From Eledone cirrhosa (Eukaryota): a stretch of DNA of 64,000 nt. The notes beneath the pieces are model-generated. The model saw only the letters and a list, made by a program, of their open reading frames with translations. It was not told the DNA's origin and did not search any database. The DNA lies in the NCBI GenBank assembly GCA_964016885.1, contig OZ024765.1, positions 7,812,001 through 7,876,000 on the forward strand, in the 5' to 3' direction. Shown here piece by piece: positions 12,148-24,384 of the stretch (positions are counted from its first letter, which is position 1; each line of letters begins with the position of its first letter). The translations under genes and the position numbers were made by a program.

Positions 12148-12696
12148 TTTCACAATGCTTCAAGCAAACTTTAACACCCTCATATATATATATATACATA
12201 GTGAAGGCGTGTGGCTGAGTGGTTAGAGAATTGGATTCGCAATCGTAAGGTTGTGAGTTCGATTCCTGGACCAGGCGATGCGTTATGTCCTTGAGCAAGA
12301 CACTTTATTTCACGTTGCTCCTTCTACCTGGAGTTGCGACCGATAGATAGTATTAGCAATTGGAAAGACCAACGGAAACATTGTTCCCTCGGTCCGATTT
12401 GACGAAAGTCGATCGTCTTCCTATATGTATATGTGTGTATATATATATGAGGGTGTTGATCAGTACTCCTTTTCGGGTAGTGTTTATTTTATGTTCAGGG
12501 AGTGGGATTGGTCAAGTGCAAGGCCTTTCCCCCACTTAAAAAACCTTCAAAGCACAGGCATTGCTTGTTCAGGTTATGTTACAGGTTCATGTGGCTGACC
12601 ATAGCCTAAAAGTGGACCAAACTCTGTAATCTGACAAGCGATTGTAATGCTCTTAGCAGAGTTTGCAGCCAAGATACATATATATATATAGCAATA

Positions 12697-12875
12697 ATTG
12701 TTTCTACTTTAGGCACAAGGCCGCAATTACCCAGTGCATTACTGGTACTTTATTTTATTGACCCCGTAAGGATGAAAGGCAAAGTTAACCTCGGTGGGAT
12801 TTGAACTCAGAATGGCAAGGGTCGTAACTCTATGCGTCAAAGCATGTCGTCTGACCCTCTACTGATACTGCCAAT
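12697..12875 (-). mobile_element. tRNA-derived SINE, family 1
   Basis: Homologous to the TSD-flanked copy at 48360-48544; B box gttcaaatcc on the minus strand. Confidence 0.8.
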
Positions 12876-13187
12876 AATAATAAATGTGAAGACTAAAATC
12901 CAAAGAGGGTTCAATAAGGATAAATATATATCAAATATATAAGAACCATAGAGCAAATATTTATTAAAATAACAGATTAAAGTTTAAGCAAAGAATCACT
13001 GCTTTCACCCTTAACGGGTTCTTCTGTGTCTGAGAAGTACCAATATTTCACTGATACTTCGTCATAGTTTTATATCACAATATATATAATAACTCTTATA
13101 ATGTTATAAGGGTGAAAGCAGCGATTCTTTGCTTGTTATTTTAATATATATATATACACACATATATATATAGAGAGAGAGACAGAG

Positions 13188-13876
13188 ATCATCATCATCA
13201 TTCATCATTTCATTTTACGTCCCCTTTTTCCCTGCTTGCAAGGGTGGGACGGGAACTGATTCTGGCTCGATTTCTACAGCTGGATGCCCTTCCTCACACC
13301 AACCTCATTTACAATGAGTGCTGGGTGCTTTTTTGCCATGGCACCTCCACGACCACTTTGCAGTGGAATGATAGGGACCCCAGTCCCTATCATCTCATTT
13401 CTACAGCTGAGTAAACTGGAGCAATGTGAAATAAAGTGTCTTGCTCAAGGAAACAACACATCACCCGGTCTGAGAATTGAACTCACAACCTTTCGATTGC
13501 AAGACCAATGCTCTAACCACTAAGCCATGTGCCTCCATATCATCATTTCATTTTACGTCCGCTTTTCCCCGCATGCAAGGGTGGGACGGGAACTGATTCT
13601 GGCTTGATTTCTACAGCTGGATGCCCTTCCTAACACCAACCTCATTTACAGTGAGTGCTGGGTGCTTTTTTTTCTGTGGCACCTCCACGACCACTTTGCA
13701 GCGGAGTGATAGGGACTAGGGTCCCTATCATCTCATTTCTACAGCTGAGTAAACTGGAGCAATGTGAAATAAAGTGCCTTGCTCAAGGAAACAACACATC
13801 ACCCGGTCTGAGAATTGAACTCGCAACCTTTCGATTGCAAGGCCAATGCTCTAACCACTAAGCCATGTGCCTCCAT
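13188..13876 (-). mobile_element. Two tandem tRNA-derived SINEs, family 2
   Basis: Two ~340-bp copies. Minus-strand head ggaggcacatggcttagtggttagagca (A box), gttcaattc (B box) and (TGA)n tail. Near-identical to 44517-44861. Confidence 0.85.
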
Positions 13877-13977
13877 ATATATAGGTATATATATATGTGT
13901 GTCTGATGGTAGCTAAGATGCTTCCATAGGTGGTATGCCGGTTGAACACTCTATGCTCTTACAAGCAGAGTATGATA

Positions 13978-14284
13978 TAATATAAAACGAAAAGTCAGTG
14001 ATGTATCGGAACTCAATTTATTGTGTGTTACAATTGTTTCGCCGGCAGACAGCTCGAGACGCGATCATTGTGTGGATATGTCTGATTCTGGACCCGCAGG
14101 TTCGACGGACACATCTAATGATTTCGGAGCATATTCTCTCACTCATTAGACGTGTCCATCGAACCTGCGGGTCCAGAATCAGACAGATCCACACAATGAT
14201 CGCGTCTCGAGCTGTCTGCCGGGGAAACAATTGTAACACACAATAAATTGAGTTCAGATGCATCACTGATTTTTCGTTTTATAT

Positions 14285-14286
<2 letters not shown>
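13978..14286. repeat. Imperfect palindrome with ~145-bp arms
   Basis: The two arms are reverse complements, which is why the ORF track shows mirror ORFs at 13998 and 14018. Each arm ends in gaaacaattgtaacacacaataaa. Confidence 0.9.
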
Positions 14287-14320
<34 letters not shown>

Positions 14321-14659
14321 CACACACATATATAGAGACAAAGATAGGTATATATATATATATATATATAATAAATAAATAATCAAGGTATAATACATTA
14401 TTTAATCAATTAAATAATGTATTTTATATATTGTGATATAAAACTACTATGACTGGAAGTATCGGTATCGGTGAAATATTGGTTCTTCACATCCACAGAA
14501 TTATCGATCTTACCCCAGGATTAGAAACGATTATATTTTGTAATTAAAGATAATTAAATCGAAGTCGGAAGAAAAACGAACAACTGAAAATATAAAAACG
14601 AATTTTGTAAAATGATCTTTGTTTTCCTTCCGTTTGTATCTTTTATCTCATATTTATTA

Positions 14660-15035
14660 TTGGCTGACTGCGAGGTTATTCTCTTCACTGGCGGCTCGCC
14701 TCATAGTGGTGACTGGCAAATCTCGGGAGGGCGCTTGGTTGTTCCAGCACCTCAGCCTCGCCATCATCCGATGTAACACTGCGAGTGTGCTGGCTTGCCT
14801 CAAAACTCATTAGAGAGGTTGCCCAGTACCCCTCGCTGCTGTCTTATGCTCTGGTGGTGGCCCCGTTGTTCACCCCTTCCTTTACATTTTCTTTAATATT
14901 GTAACATTAAAAGAATACATCCTTCTGAATGAATCGCTAGCAATTCATAATGTTATCTAAGCATTTGTAATGTTATTTATGTATATATTTAAAACACATT
15001 TATGTTATTCTACTGTAAATTTATTTATATGCTTT
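14660..15035 (+). mobile_element. 3' end of CRE-like (RLE-type) non-LTR retrotransposon
   Basis: WLFQHLSLAIIRCNTASVL and the downstream UTR match the minus-strand copies at 32.4 and 41.1 kb. Confidence 0.65.
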
Positions 15036-15752
15036 CTAAAATAAAACCCGTACATATTTCATTTATCTTACATTTATTATTGAGAAATTTACGAGGATCT
15101 AAAGATAGGTGCTGGTTGATATAAAACTAATTAAGGTGAGACAGGAACATGACATCGTTTGTCTCTTTTATCTTATAGAAACAGATGGAAATAAAGATAT
15201 GCAGGTAAAATGACACAGGTAAACAATAAAGATATATTAATCTAGATCTAACAAGGAAAGATGTGAGAATATGTTGAAGTAGTCGCAATATAAACAAGAC
15301 ACACTGGATCAAGAAAACCTTCATTTATATATTATTCCTGTTAATAAAGAATGTTGTAATTATTTAATTAGAGAGTTAATTAAATTTAATTACCCGCTGT
15401 TAATGTTGGTAATAAAGAAGAACCGAGCCAGTAATAGGGACGTGGAAGGAAACAACAACAGACTTAATTGGAAAATTTTAACAAGTGATAGACATGGGCA
15501 GATAACTCTGCTTTCACTTCCGTCACTAAAACATATCCCGCACTGAATAATCTCTCTCGCTCTATATAAATATACACGTGTATATATATATATATATATC
15601 ATTATTTTTTTAATATTTTATCTTGACTCTGTATTCCGTTTATCTTTCACCGAAAGTGATTTTTCATTGCATCTCTTCTTTCCATGATATCCGGATTACA
15701 TTGAGTTCTTCATACGGATTGGACACTACCGTAAACTCTTGGTAGATTTATC

Positions 15753-15805
<53 letters not shown>

Positions 15806-15816
15806 ATGTATATATA

Positions 15817-16307
15817 GGCATACGTTAAGACGGGCGTTCCGGAAAGTGAAAGTAAATTTTTTGACAACAATGTGAATTTTTTTTTTTTTTTACAATGAAA
15901 ATTACGATACACACGCAATTGTATGGATTTCTTAATATATATATATGTGTGGGTGTGTATATATGTGTGTACACTGTGAATTTGTTTGTTTATTTACAAC
16001 AGGTCTCTATAGTGATATGGTGTTAATTAGTATTGCGTGTGTGATTATTTTTTCTTTAGATAGACGTTAAACGATGATGATGACACAAACACATATATAT
16101 ATACAAACACACATATATATATATATACAGACACACATATATATACACACATATACACACCCACACATATATATATATATATTAAGAAATCCATACAATT
16201 GCGTGTGTATCGTAACTTTCATTTAAAAAAAAAAATCAAAAACAAATTCACATTGTTGTCAAAAAATTTACTTTCACTTTCCGGAACGTCCGTCTTAACG
16301 TATGCCG
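15817..16307. repeat. ~120-bp inverted repeat pair around microsatellite DNA
   Basis: ggcatacgttaagacgggcgttccggaaagtg...ttcttaat (15817-15938) versus attaagaa...cactttccggaacgtccgtcttaacgtatgcc (16181-16306). Confidence 0.85.
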
Positions 16308-16549
16308 TATATATATATATATATATAATAGAAAAAAAACGAGGAAGTTTCGTTTACATATGAAAAATATTTATTGCATCTCGACCTGTTACGCGCGTTT
16401 CAGCGAGGATTGGCTCAAGGTGACCAAAGAGTGCTTGATTTGGTACCAACACCAGTATTTCACTGTACTACCTACACTATATATATTTAATATAGAAAGG
16501 CTTCTACAGGACTAGAACTGTTTCATTCGGAAGAAATCATCAGGAAATT

Positions 16550-16600
16550 GGCTTCCTGATGATTTCTCCCGAATGAAACAATTCTAGTCCTGTAGAAGCT
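16550..16600 (+). ncRNA. Type I hammerhead ribozyme motif, family H1; an inverted sister copy lies at 16499-16546 (-)
   Basis: ggcttc-CTGATGA-t ttc tccc gaa t-GAA-aca attctagtcc tgt-A-gaagct. Stem I 6 bp, stem II 3 bp under a U.U pair, stem III 3 bp, GUA triplet. Confidence 0.6.
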
Positions 16601-17521
16601 TTTCTATATTAAATATTTATACTCTGCTTTGTATTGAGTACCTTACTTACTGTGCTTACCCCCGATTGAAACCGGGATAAACTTATATATATATATAGAT
16701 GTGTAGGAAGGTTATCTTGTTTGACACCACTGAGGTCCACCCAATCCTTTTTTAGGCAAGATTTCTATGGCTGGATGCCCTTCCTATCACCGACCACTTT
16801 ACACTGGAAAATGGTTGGTGATAGTATGATCTTTTTATGTCTTGTGTATTTCTGCCATAACATATATAAGGTAGCAAACTGTCAGAGTCAGTAGAGCGTC
16901 AGATAGAATGCTTTATGGTACTCATTCCGGCTTTCTGAGTTCAAATCCCGTCGAGGTCAACTTTGACTTTCATCCATTCAAGGTTGATAAAAAAAGTACC
17001 AGTCAAGTACTGAGGTTGATTCTTTCTCTATATCTCTCTCTCTCACTTTCTATCATTCATCATGATCATCATTTTATGTCCGCTTTTCCCTGGTTGTAAG
17101 GGTGGGACGGGTCCTATTTAGCACAGCATCTCTCCACTTGTCACAGTCCTTCGTCATCTCCTCCCCCATGAATAGGACCTGTCCCACCCTTACAAGCAGG
17201 GAAAAGCGGACGTAAAATGATGATGATGATGATATATATATATATATATCTACACACAATTAAATTAAAAGTCAATTAACTATGTGTGTTTATACTCTTT
17301 ACAACTTATCCCCTGACAATGTTTGATATGTTTATTTTATATATATATGTCCATCTTTGAGCTTCTACGGGTGGTATGGCTTCTGTTATTCTCAGACATC
17401 ACATCTTATATATATATATATATTATAGTCACAAACAGCGATTTCTCCCAAATGAAACAGTTCTCGTCCTGTAGAAGCCATTACTATATTAAATATATAT
17501 ATATATATTTAATATAGAAAT

Positions 17522-17572
17522 GGCTTCTACAGGACTAGAACCGTTTCATTCGTGAGAAATCATCAGGAAGCC
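17522..17572 (-). ncRNA. Type I hammerhead ribozyme motif, family H1
   Basis: Minus strand ggcttc-CTGATGA-tttctcacgaat-GAA-acgg ttctagtc ctgt-A-gaagcc, with a perfect 6-bp stem I and a 4-bp stem III. A truncated inverted copy lies at ~17441-17495 (+). Confidence 0.65.
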
Positions 17573-17807
17573 GACTGTCCAAGTAATATGGTGGTAGGAG
17601 AGGGACGTGATTGGGATGGGTGGAGGTCATTGGTTGATGGGTTTAAAGAACAGAATTCTTTAAAAGCTATATTTAGAGTAACAAAGGCAGAAAAAAATTC
17701 AAGCTATATATATATATATGAAGTATTTCCGTAGAAAAGGAAGGAAGAGTGCTCTATGTATAATACAGAGGTATTTAATTATGTAATAAAAAACACAAGA
17801 CAATTAT

Positions 17808-17863
17808 TCCATTTACCAAAGGTTTCACGAAGATAGGCAACCGAAGTCGTTCATCAGAAAGGA
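17808..17863 (-). ncRNA. Type I hammerhead ribozyme motif, family H2; an inverted sister copy lies at ~17871-17938 (+)
   Basis: Minus strand tccttt-CTGATGA-acga cttcggttgcctatct tcgt-GAA-acc ttt ggt-A-aatgga. Stem II 4 bp, stem III 3 bp, stem I 5 of 6 pairs. Confidence 0.65.
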
Positions 17864-19398
17864 GAATATCTTTCTGATGAACGACTATGGACACCTCTGT
17901 TGAGGTTGCCTATCTTCATGAAACCTTTGGTAAATGGAATAATTGTCTTGTGTTGTTTATTACATAATTATATATATATATATATACATATATTCATTTC
18001 GTTTCGTTGTATATGCAATGTAAATGTGAGAGAAAGGCAGAACTTGGACAAGCTGCATTTAAGGGAAATCCAAGATGTTGTGCAGGAGAGAAGACTGCAT
18101 TGATGAGGCATGTGCAGCGAAATCTGTCCACACCTTGAACCCTGGGTGACACAGAAAGGTCAAATTCTGGGTCACCTCCTTTTTGGGTAAACAAGTCTAT
18201 GTGTGGGCGACGGTCCCTTGAGGCGGGAGACAGGAGGTGACAGATATAAATAGCCTGTAGGAGACCAAACAAAACCACTTCGGAGTAGTACATGAGAGAA
18301 TAACTATGTAAAATGTTTGCTTTCTACAGACCCCCATGGGGTCTACAGCCCTCTCTCTCTCCTGGTCTACAGACTTCTACCAACCCTTACTCTCTACATG
18401 GGTCTACAGACCTTTCTCCTAGTCTCACAGACTTCTCACTTTCTCTGGCCACAGACTACACCAACATAATGAAGTAACAACCTAAACATCTTCAACCGTT
18501 ATAATTCATAGTAACCTATTCGTTGTTCTTTTTAACTGAAGTGAAGTAAATTTGATATCAAAAGTAAACCATCTATTTTGTGTTATTTTCACCTAACAAC
18601 ATTTATTAACTTTGCTTTCACCAAAGGGTGAAGAAATGCCAGGAAATTCCAGTGGAAAGAAGCTGCATTACAGGACGACCATGAAAGACCTAGGCAGAGA
18701 TTGTGAGAGCTGACCTCAAATTACTAAGATTGGCAGAGGAGATGTCGAAGGAGCACCAGAAGTGCCATACTGAGTTTGTGTGAATAAATTTTGAAAATTT
18801 GACTGAACAAAATAAGAGGCAATAAATAAAATGATTTTAATTTCAAAGACTATTTTATCAGAAATTTCAATGAAAGCAAGTTACATGGTAATTTATTTTC
18901 TTCAGATGTAGACTTACTTCACACAGAATGATTCCCCATATATTTCACAATGATTTATACATGTATTTGTCCAGTGTGTATACATTTATCAACAAGTTTA
19001 TATACCACAAATAAGGATTTCCCTAATATTTTAGTGAAAGGGTTTCTCTCAGATGAGAATTAACAGAGAATGATTTCTCACATATTTCACTATAAATATT
19101 CAGCAATGTGTACATGTTGGTAGACAATATATTTAGATTTATACAAGATTTCTCAAGGATCACAGTTTAAAGTCTTCCCTCAAGTGTGTACATCTTGGTA
19201 GACAGTATATTTAGATTTACATAAGAAATATTTCTCAAGGACCACAGTTTAAAGTCTTCACTTCAGTGTGTACATGTTGGTAGACAATATATTTAGATTT
19301 ACACAAGAAATATTTCTCATTATTCACAGTTTAATGTCTTCCCTCCAGTATGTACATCTTGGTAGACAATATATTTAGACTTACATAAGAAATATTTC

Positions 19399-21072
19399 TC
19401 AAGGTTCACCTTCAATTGTACTGTTTCTATAATGTATCCTTTTGTGTCTATTTAAGACCATACTACTGGTAAAATATTTCTCACATATATCACAATTATA
19501 GGGCTTTTCTCCTGTATGAATTCTTTTATGTTGATTCAAGTCACTGCTAGTTTTAAATGCTTTAGCACAAATTCCACAGTGGTAGGGTTTTTCTCCTGTA
19601 TGGATTCTTTTGTGATCCTTAAGATGTGCCTTTTGTGTGAAAGATTTCCCACATATTTCACAGTGAAAATTTTTTTCTCCTGTGTGTATTATATTGTGTC
19701 TTGTTAAATGACTTTTCGTCCTAAAAGATTCCCCACATATTTCACAGCAGAACGGTTTTTCTGTCGTGTGTGTAACTTTATGTTTTGTTAAAATAGTTCT
19801 AGTGCTAAAAAAATGACCACATATATCACATTTATATGGTTTTTCTCCCGTGTGTGTTCTTCTGTGAAGTTTAAAACTCGATCTCCACGTGAAAGATTTC
19901 CCACATATTTCACACTGAAACAACTTCACACCAGCATGAATGATTTGATGTGTTTTAACACCACTGTTAGAGACAAACGATTTGCCACATATCTCACATT
20001 TGAACGGTTTTTCTCCAGTGTGACTACGTTTATGAATAGTAAGACTCGAATTCCGAGCGTAAGATTCACCACATATTTCACAGTGATAAGGTTTTTCTCC
20101 AGTGTGGATTCGTTCATGACTAGTTAAATTACTTTTATAATAAAAAGATTCTCCACATAATTCACAGTGATACGGCTTCTCTCCTGTGTGTGTTCTTATA
20201 TGTTTTCTTAAATCATTCTTAGAGGCAAAAGATTTATCACATGACTCACACGGAAACGGTTTCTCTCCTGTGTGTCCTCTTTTATGTATGGTTAAATTCA
20301 CAGCAGCTGCAAAAGACTTTCCACAAATTATACAGGAAAACGGTTTCTCTCCAGCGTGTCGTTTCATGTGGGCATTAAGATAAGAACCGTGACTGAATGA
20401 TTTGCCACATATGTCACAGTGACAGGTTTTTCCGCCAGTATGTATCTCCTTATGCCTCGATAAATTATTGGAACCAGTGAACGATTTCCCACATACGTCG
20501 CAACGATAGGGTTTTTCTCCACTATGTAATATTTTGTGTTTCCTTAAGGGGTCATTAGTAGTGAAACGTTTCCCACAAGTTTTACACTGGTAAGGTTTCT
20601 CCCCAGTATGAATTCTCTTGTGTCTCGTTAAATCACTTTTCGTCGCAAACGATTTCCCACATGTTTCACAAGAAAATGGTTTTTCTCCAGTATGTGTTTT
20701 CTTGTGCCTGTCAAAATTCGCTACACTAGCAAAAGATTTATTACATAGTTCACAATGATAGGGTTTTTCTCCAGTGTGACGCCTAATGTGGATTACAAGA
20801 TGGGTTTTCTGATTAAAATATTTTCCGCATATGACGCAGTAATAAAGTTTCCCTCTCTTGTGAGTTTCTTTGTGTGTGATGACTTCATCTTCTGAAGAAA
20901 AAGTTTTCTTACAAATCTCACAACAATATTCAGGAATATTTCCGTGTAACGATGTTTGTTCAGTAAACATTTCATTAGATAAAGGTTTCTCACCACTGTA
21001 TGTCTGTGTAACTGTATCTATATTGTTAAACAAAGTTGTGTTAGAAATGTCCAACTGTTTAACATCCTCCAT
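19399..21072 (-). CDS. Poly-C2H2 zinc finger protein, MEDV-leader family, 557 aa, 18 fingers
   Basis: Intact ORF with the conserved leader and TGEKP-linked fingers. Confidence 0.92.
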   Translation of the reverse strand: MEDVKQLDISNTTLFNNIDTVTQTYSGEKPLSNEMFTEQTSLHGNIPEYCCEICKKTFSSEDEVITHKETHKRGKLYYCVICGKYFNQKTHLVIHIRRHTGEKPYHCELCNKSFASVANFDRHKKTHTGEKPFSCETCGKSFATKSDLTRHKRIHTGEKPYQCKTCGKRFTTNDPLRKHKILHSGEKPYRCDVCGKSFTGSNNLSRHKEIHTGGKTCHCDICGKSFSHGSYLNAHMKRHAGEKPFSCIICGKSFAAAVNLTIHKRGHTGEKPFPCESCDKSFASKNDLRKHIRTHTGEKPYHCELCGESFYYKSNLTSHERIHTGEKPYHCEICGESYARNSSLTIHKRSHTGEKPFKCEICGKSFVSNSGVKTHQIIHAGVKLFQCEICGKSFTWRSSFKLHRRTHTGEKPYKCDICGHFFSTRTILTKHKVTHTTEKPFCCEICGESFRTKSHLTRHNIIHTGEKNFHCEICGKSFTQKAHLKDHKRIHTGEKPYHCGICAKAFKTSSDLNQHKRIHTGEKPYNCDICEKYFTSSMVLNRHKRIHYRNSTIEGEP

Positions 21073-21728
21073 AGTAATTTCCGAGAATTATTTCTGATTA
21101 TAATATATTATAATACAGTTTCTTCTCTTAGATATCCTGGAACTCTGTTTATACGATATAATTATATTAGATGTAATTATAATATATTATAATACAGTTT
21201 CTTGTCTTAGATATCCTGGGAGTTTGTTTACATGGTAAAATTGAATATAATGAGCAATTAAAGATACAAGGTGCGACGTGACGTTTATAGCGATTACTTC
21301 CCTTGAATGAATACGGTGACACAAGATAAAAGTCTCCCACATTTAATAAAGTCGATGATAGCATTACGGTTTTGAAATCAGTGTCAACGATAAGGTATTA
21401 ATTTTCTAATTATATCTTATTTAATTATCTTATATTAATGGTGAACGTTATTGTTTGTGGATAACATAGCGTAATCTTCATATATTAGGGTAGCGGTTCC
21501 ATCATTAAAAAGCCTAAAGTCAGTTCCAGGCCCAGAGGTTCATAAGGCCAGTGCTTATCAACGTTCTCGTGGTGTTAAGCGACTGAACGTATAAGACTTC
21601 CCCCTGGACATGACGCCAGTCCATCACTAACAAGTTTAAAGTCTGTGCTGAGGCCGGAGGCTTATAATGGTTCTGTGTCATTAAGAATCTGAAAGTACAA
21701 GACTCCCTTTAGACAGGGCACCATTCCA

Positions 21729-21785
<57 letters not shown>

Positions 21786-21954
21786 TGGAATATATATATA
21801 TATATATATATATAAATGTACGAGTCGCGAGATGGCTGTATTAATACAGATGACCTGACTCCCCACGGGCAGAGACAGAATCTGAACCATATATATATAG
21901 AATGCCCCCCCCCCCCACTCCCACGAGGACAAGCTGAAGTATACATCCAGTGAA

Positions 21955-22165
21955 GCACCCAGTCAACACTCTAGAGTGGTCATGTAGGTGTCACAACAAA
22001 AACCACCCAGTCCACACTGTAAAGTGGTCATGTAGGTGTCACAACAAAAACCACCCAGTCCACACTGTAAAGTGGTCATGTAGGTGTCACAACAAAAACC
22101 ACCCAGTCCACACTGTAAAGTGGTCATGTAGGTGTCGCGACAGAAAGCTCCCAGTCCACACTCTA
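21955..22165 (+). repeat. 48-bp tandem repeat, ~4 copies, SINE-derived
   Basis: ccacccagtccacactgtaaagtggtcatgtaggtgtcacaacaaaaa at 22003, 22051 and 22099. Confidence 0.9.
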
Positions 22166-22568
22166 GGCAAAAACATGTGATCCAACCACCTTGCTCCTGG
22201 TTTGGCCTGTAAAATCTGTCCAGCGATTCTTTCCTGAGACATTCTAACCACATGCCCATAGAATCAGAGTTGTGATCTCTCAATTCGTAGAATGTATTAA
22301 ATTATGCCAGGGACTTTTGCTTCACTTGACCGGTGTTTCTCAGGGGAAGCAATAACTGTCAACAATAACGAGCACTGTGTGTTTATAATTACATCTAATT
22401 TAATGATATCGTGTAAACAGAGTCCCAGGATATCTAGGACAAGAAACTGTATTATAATATATTATAATTACATCTAATCTAATTATATCGTGTAAACAGA
22501 GTCCCAGGATATCTAGGACAAGAAACTGTATTATAATATATTATCAGAGATAATTCTCGGAAATTACT

Positions 22569-23654
22569 ATGGAGGATATTAAACACTTGGACATTTCTAA
22601 CACAATTATGATTAACAATATAGATTCAGTTACACATACATACAGTGGTGAGAAACCTTTATCTAATGAAAGGTTTACTGAACAAACATCGTTACACGGA
22701 AATATTCCTGAATATTTTTGTGAGATTTGTAAGAAAACTTTCTCTTCAGAAGATGAAGTCATCACACACAAAGAAACACACAAGAGAGAGAAACCTTACC
22801 ACTGTGAAATATGTGGGAAATCTTTCGTGTCTAACAGTAATCTAAGAAGACATAAACGTAATCATATTGGAGAAAAGCCCTTCCACTGTGAAATATGTAA
22901 GAAGTCGTTTGATACTAAGCGTAACTTAACAGTGCACAAAATAATACACGCTGGAGAAAAAAAGAGTCAGTGTGAAGTATGTAGCAAATATTTCGTTAAT
23001 AATTCTAGTCTTGTTATCCACATTCGTAGTCACACTGGAGAGAAACCTTTCCACTGTGAAATTTGTGGAAAGTCTTTTGTTCATAATTGTAGTTTAACAA
23101 ACCACAAGTTAATTCACACTGGAGAAAAAACCTGCCACTGTGAAATATGTGGCAAATCTTTTTTTCTGAATTCGGGTCTTGTCATCCACAAACGTAGTCA
23201 CACTGGAGAAAAACCCTATCATTGTGAAATATGTGGTAAATCTTATATTTCTAAAAGTAATTTAACGATACATAAAAGAACACACAGTGGGGAAAAACCA
23301 TTTCATTGTGAGACTTGTGGGAAATCTTTCGTTACTAATGCAGAATTAAAAAAGCACAACAGAACACACACTGGAGAAAACCCCTTTCATTGTGAAATAT
23401 GTGGGGAGTCTTTTCGCGATAGCAGTAATTTAACAACTCACAAAAGAATCCATACTGGAGAAAAACCTTTTCACTGTGAAATTTGTGGGAAATCTTTCAC
23501 TCAAAATGCTCATCTGATAGTTCACAGGACAATGCATACAGGAGAAAAACCCTATCATTGTGAAATATGTGGGAAATCTTTCATTACTAGTAGTGTGTTG
23601 AAAAAACACAAAAGAAAACACACTGGAGGGAAGACTTTAAACTGTGAAACTTGA
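22569..23654 (+). CDS. Poly-C2H2 zinc finger protein, MEDV-leader family, 361 aa, 11 fingers
   Basis: Intact ORF, divergent from 19399-21072. Confidence 0.92.
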   Translation: MEDIKHLDISNTIMINNIDSVTHTYSGEKPLSNERFTEQTSLHGNIPEYFCEICKKTFSSEDEVITHKETHKREKPYHCEICGKSFVSNSNLRRHKRNHIGEKPFHCEICKKSFDTKRNLTVHKIIHAGEKKSQCEVCSKYFVNNSSLVIHIRSHTGEKPFHCEICGKSFVHNCSLTNHKLIHTGEKTCHCEICGKSFFLNSGLVIHKRSHTGEKPYHCEICGKSYISKSNLTIHKRTHSGEKPFHCETCGKSFVTNAELKKHNRTHTGENPFHCEICGESFRDSSNLTTHKRIHTGEKPFHCEICGKSFTQNAHLIVHRTMHTGEKPYHCEICGKSFITSSVLKKHKRKHTGGKTLNCET

Positions 23655-23904
23655 GAAATATTTCTTGTGTAAATCTAAATATATTGTCTACCAAGATGTA
23701 CACACTGGGGAATATTTATAGTGAAATATGTGATTTGATAAATGTATACACACTGGATAAATTATATACACACACATATCTATGTAATATACATCTACAC
23801 ACATACACATATATATAGTATACATCTACACACATATATATATAAATTATATATACACACACAGACACACATATATATATATGTGTGCATATATGTTTAT
23901 ATAG

Positions 23905-24320
23905 AGACTGAGCATAAGAGGAATGAAATGCTGTGTGCAGGAGAGGAGGTTGCGTTGGTATGGACATGTGATGCGTATGAAGGCGATGACACAGGACCGA
24001 GACCTCTGGCGTCCCGCAGTAATACAGAAGACCCCCCCCCCCCCCCCGGGTACAAGCCAAAGCTGAAGCATATAGACAGTACGCCCACCCCCCTCCCACT
24101 GCAAAGTGGTCGTGGAGGTATCATGACAAAAGGCACCCAGAAACTCACTGTAAATGAGGTTGGTGTTAGGAAGGGGATCCAGCTGTAGAAATCAAGCCAG
24201 AATCAGTTCCTGTATGAGCAAGACAAGGTTACCCAACCAGACACTGCCCACAACAGGACAACCTGTCTAACCCATGCTAGCGTGGAAGAACAGACGTAAA
24301 ACGGTGATGATGATGATGAT
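23905..24320 (+). mobile_element. RTE LINE 3' fragment fused to a SINE tail
   Basis: gtgcaggagaggaggttgcgttggtatggacatgtg (QERRLRWYGHV) is shared with 29292; it is followed by a SINE 3' end with (TGA)n. Confidence 0.6.
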
Positions 24321-24384
24321 ATATATAAAATGTGGGCAATCATTCAGTGTGAAGTATGTCTACACTTGTAGTTCACAGCTAAAT

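Noticed and set aside
12203-12300. tRNA gene
   Set aside because: A and B boxes are present but run into SINE body sequence (gtccttgagcaagacacttta); it is a SINE head, as at 13.5, 28.5 and 44.8 kb.
13998-14266. Pair of near-identical small proteins on opposite strands
   Set aside because: A consequence of the DNA palindrome.
19399-21072. Assigning a vertebrate ZNF gene symbol or a KRAB/SCAN/BTB domain
   Set aside because: No such domain motif is visible, and orthology cannot be inferred from generic finger repeats.
21955-22165. Repetitive Cys/His-rich ORFs (KWSCRCHNKNHPVHTV)
   Set aside because: They are translations of a 48-bp SINE-derived tandem repeat.
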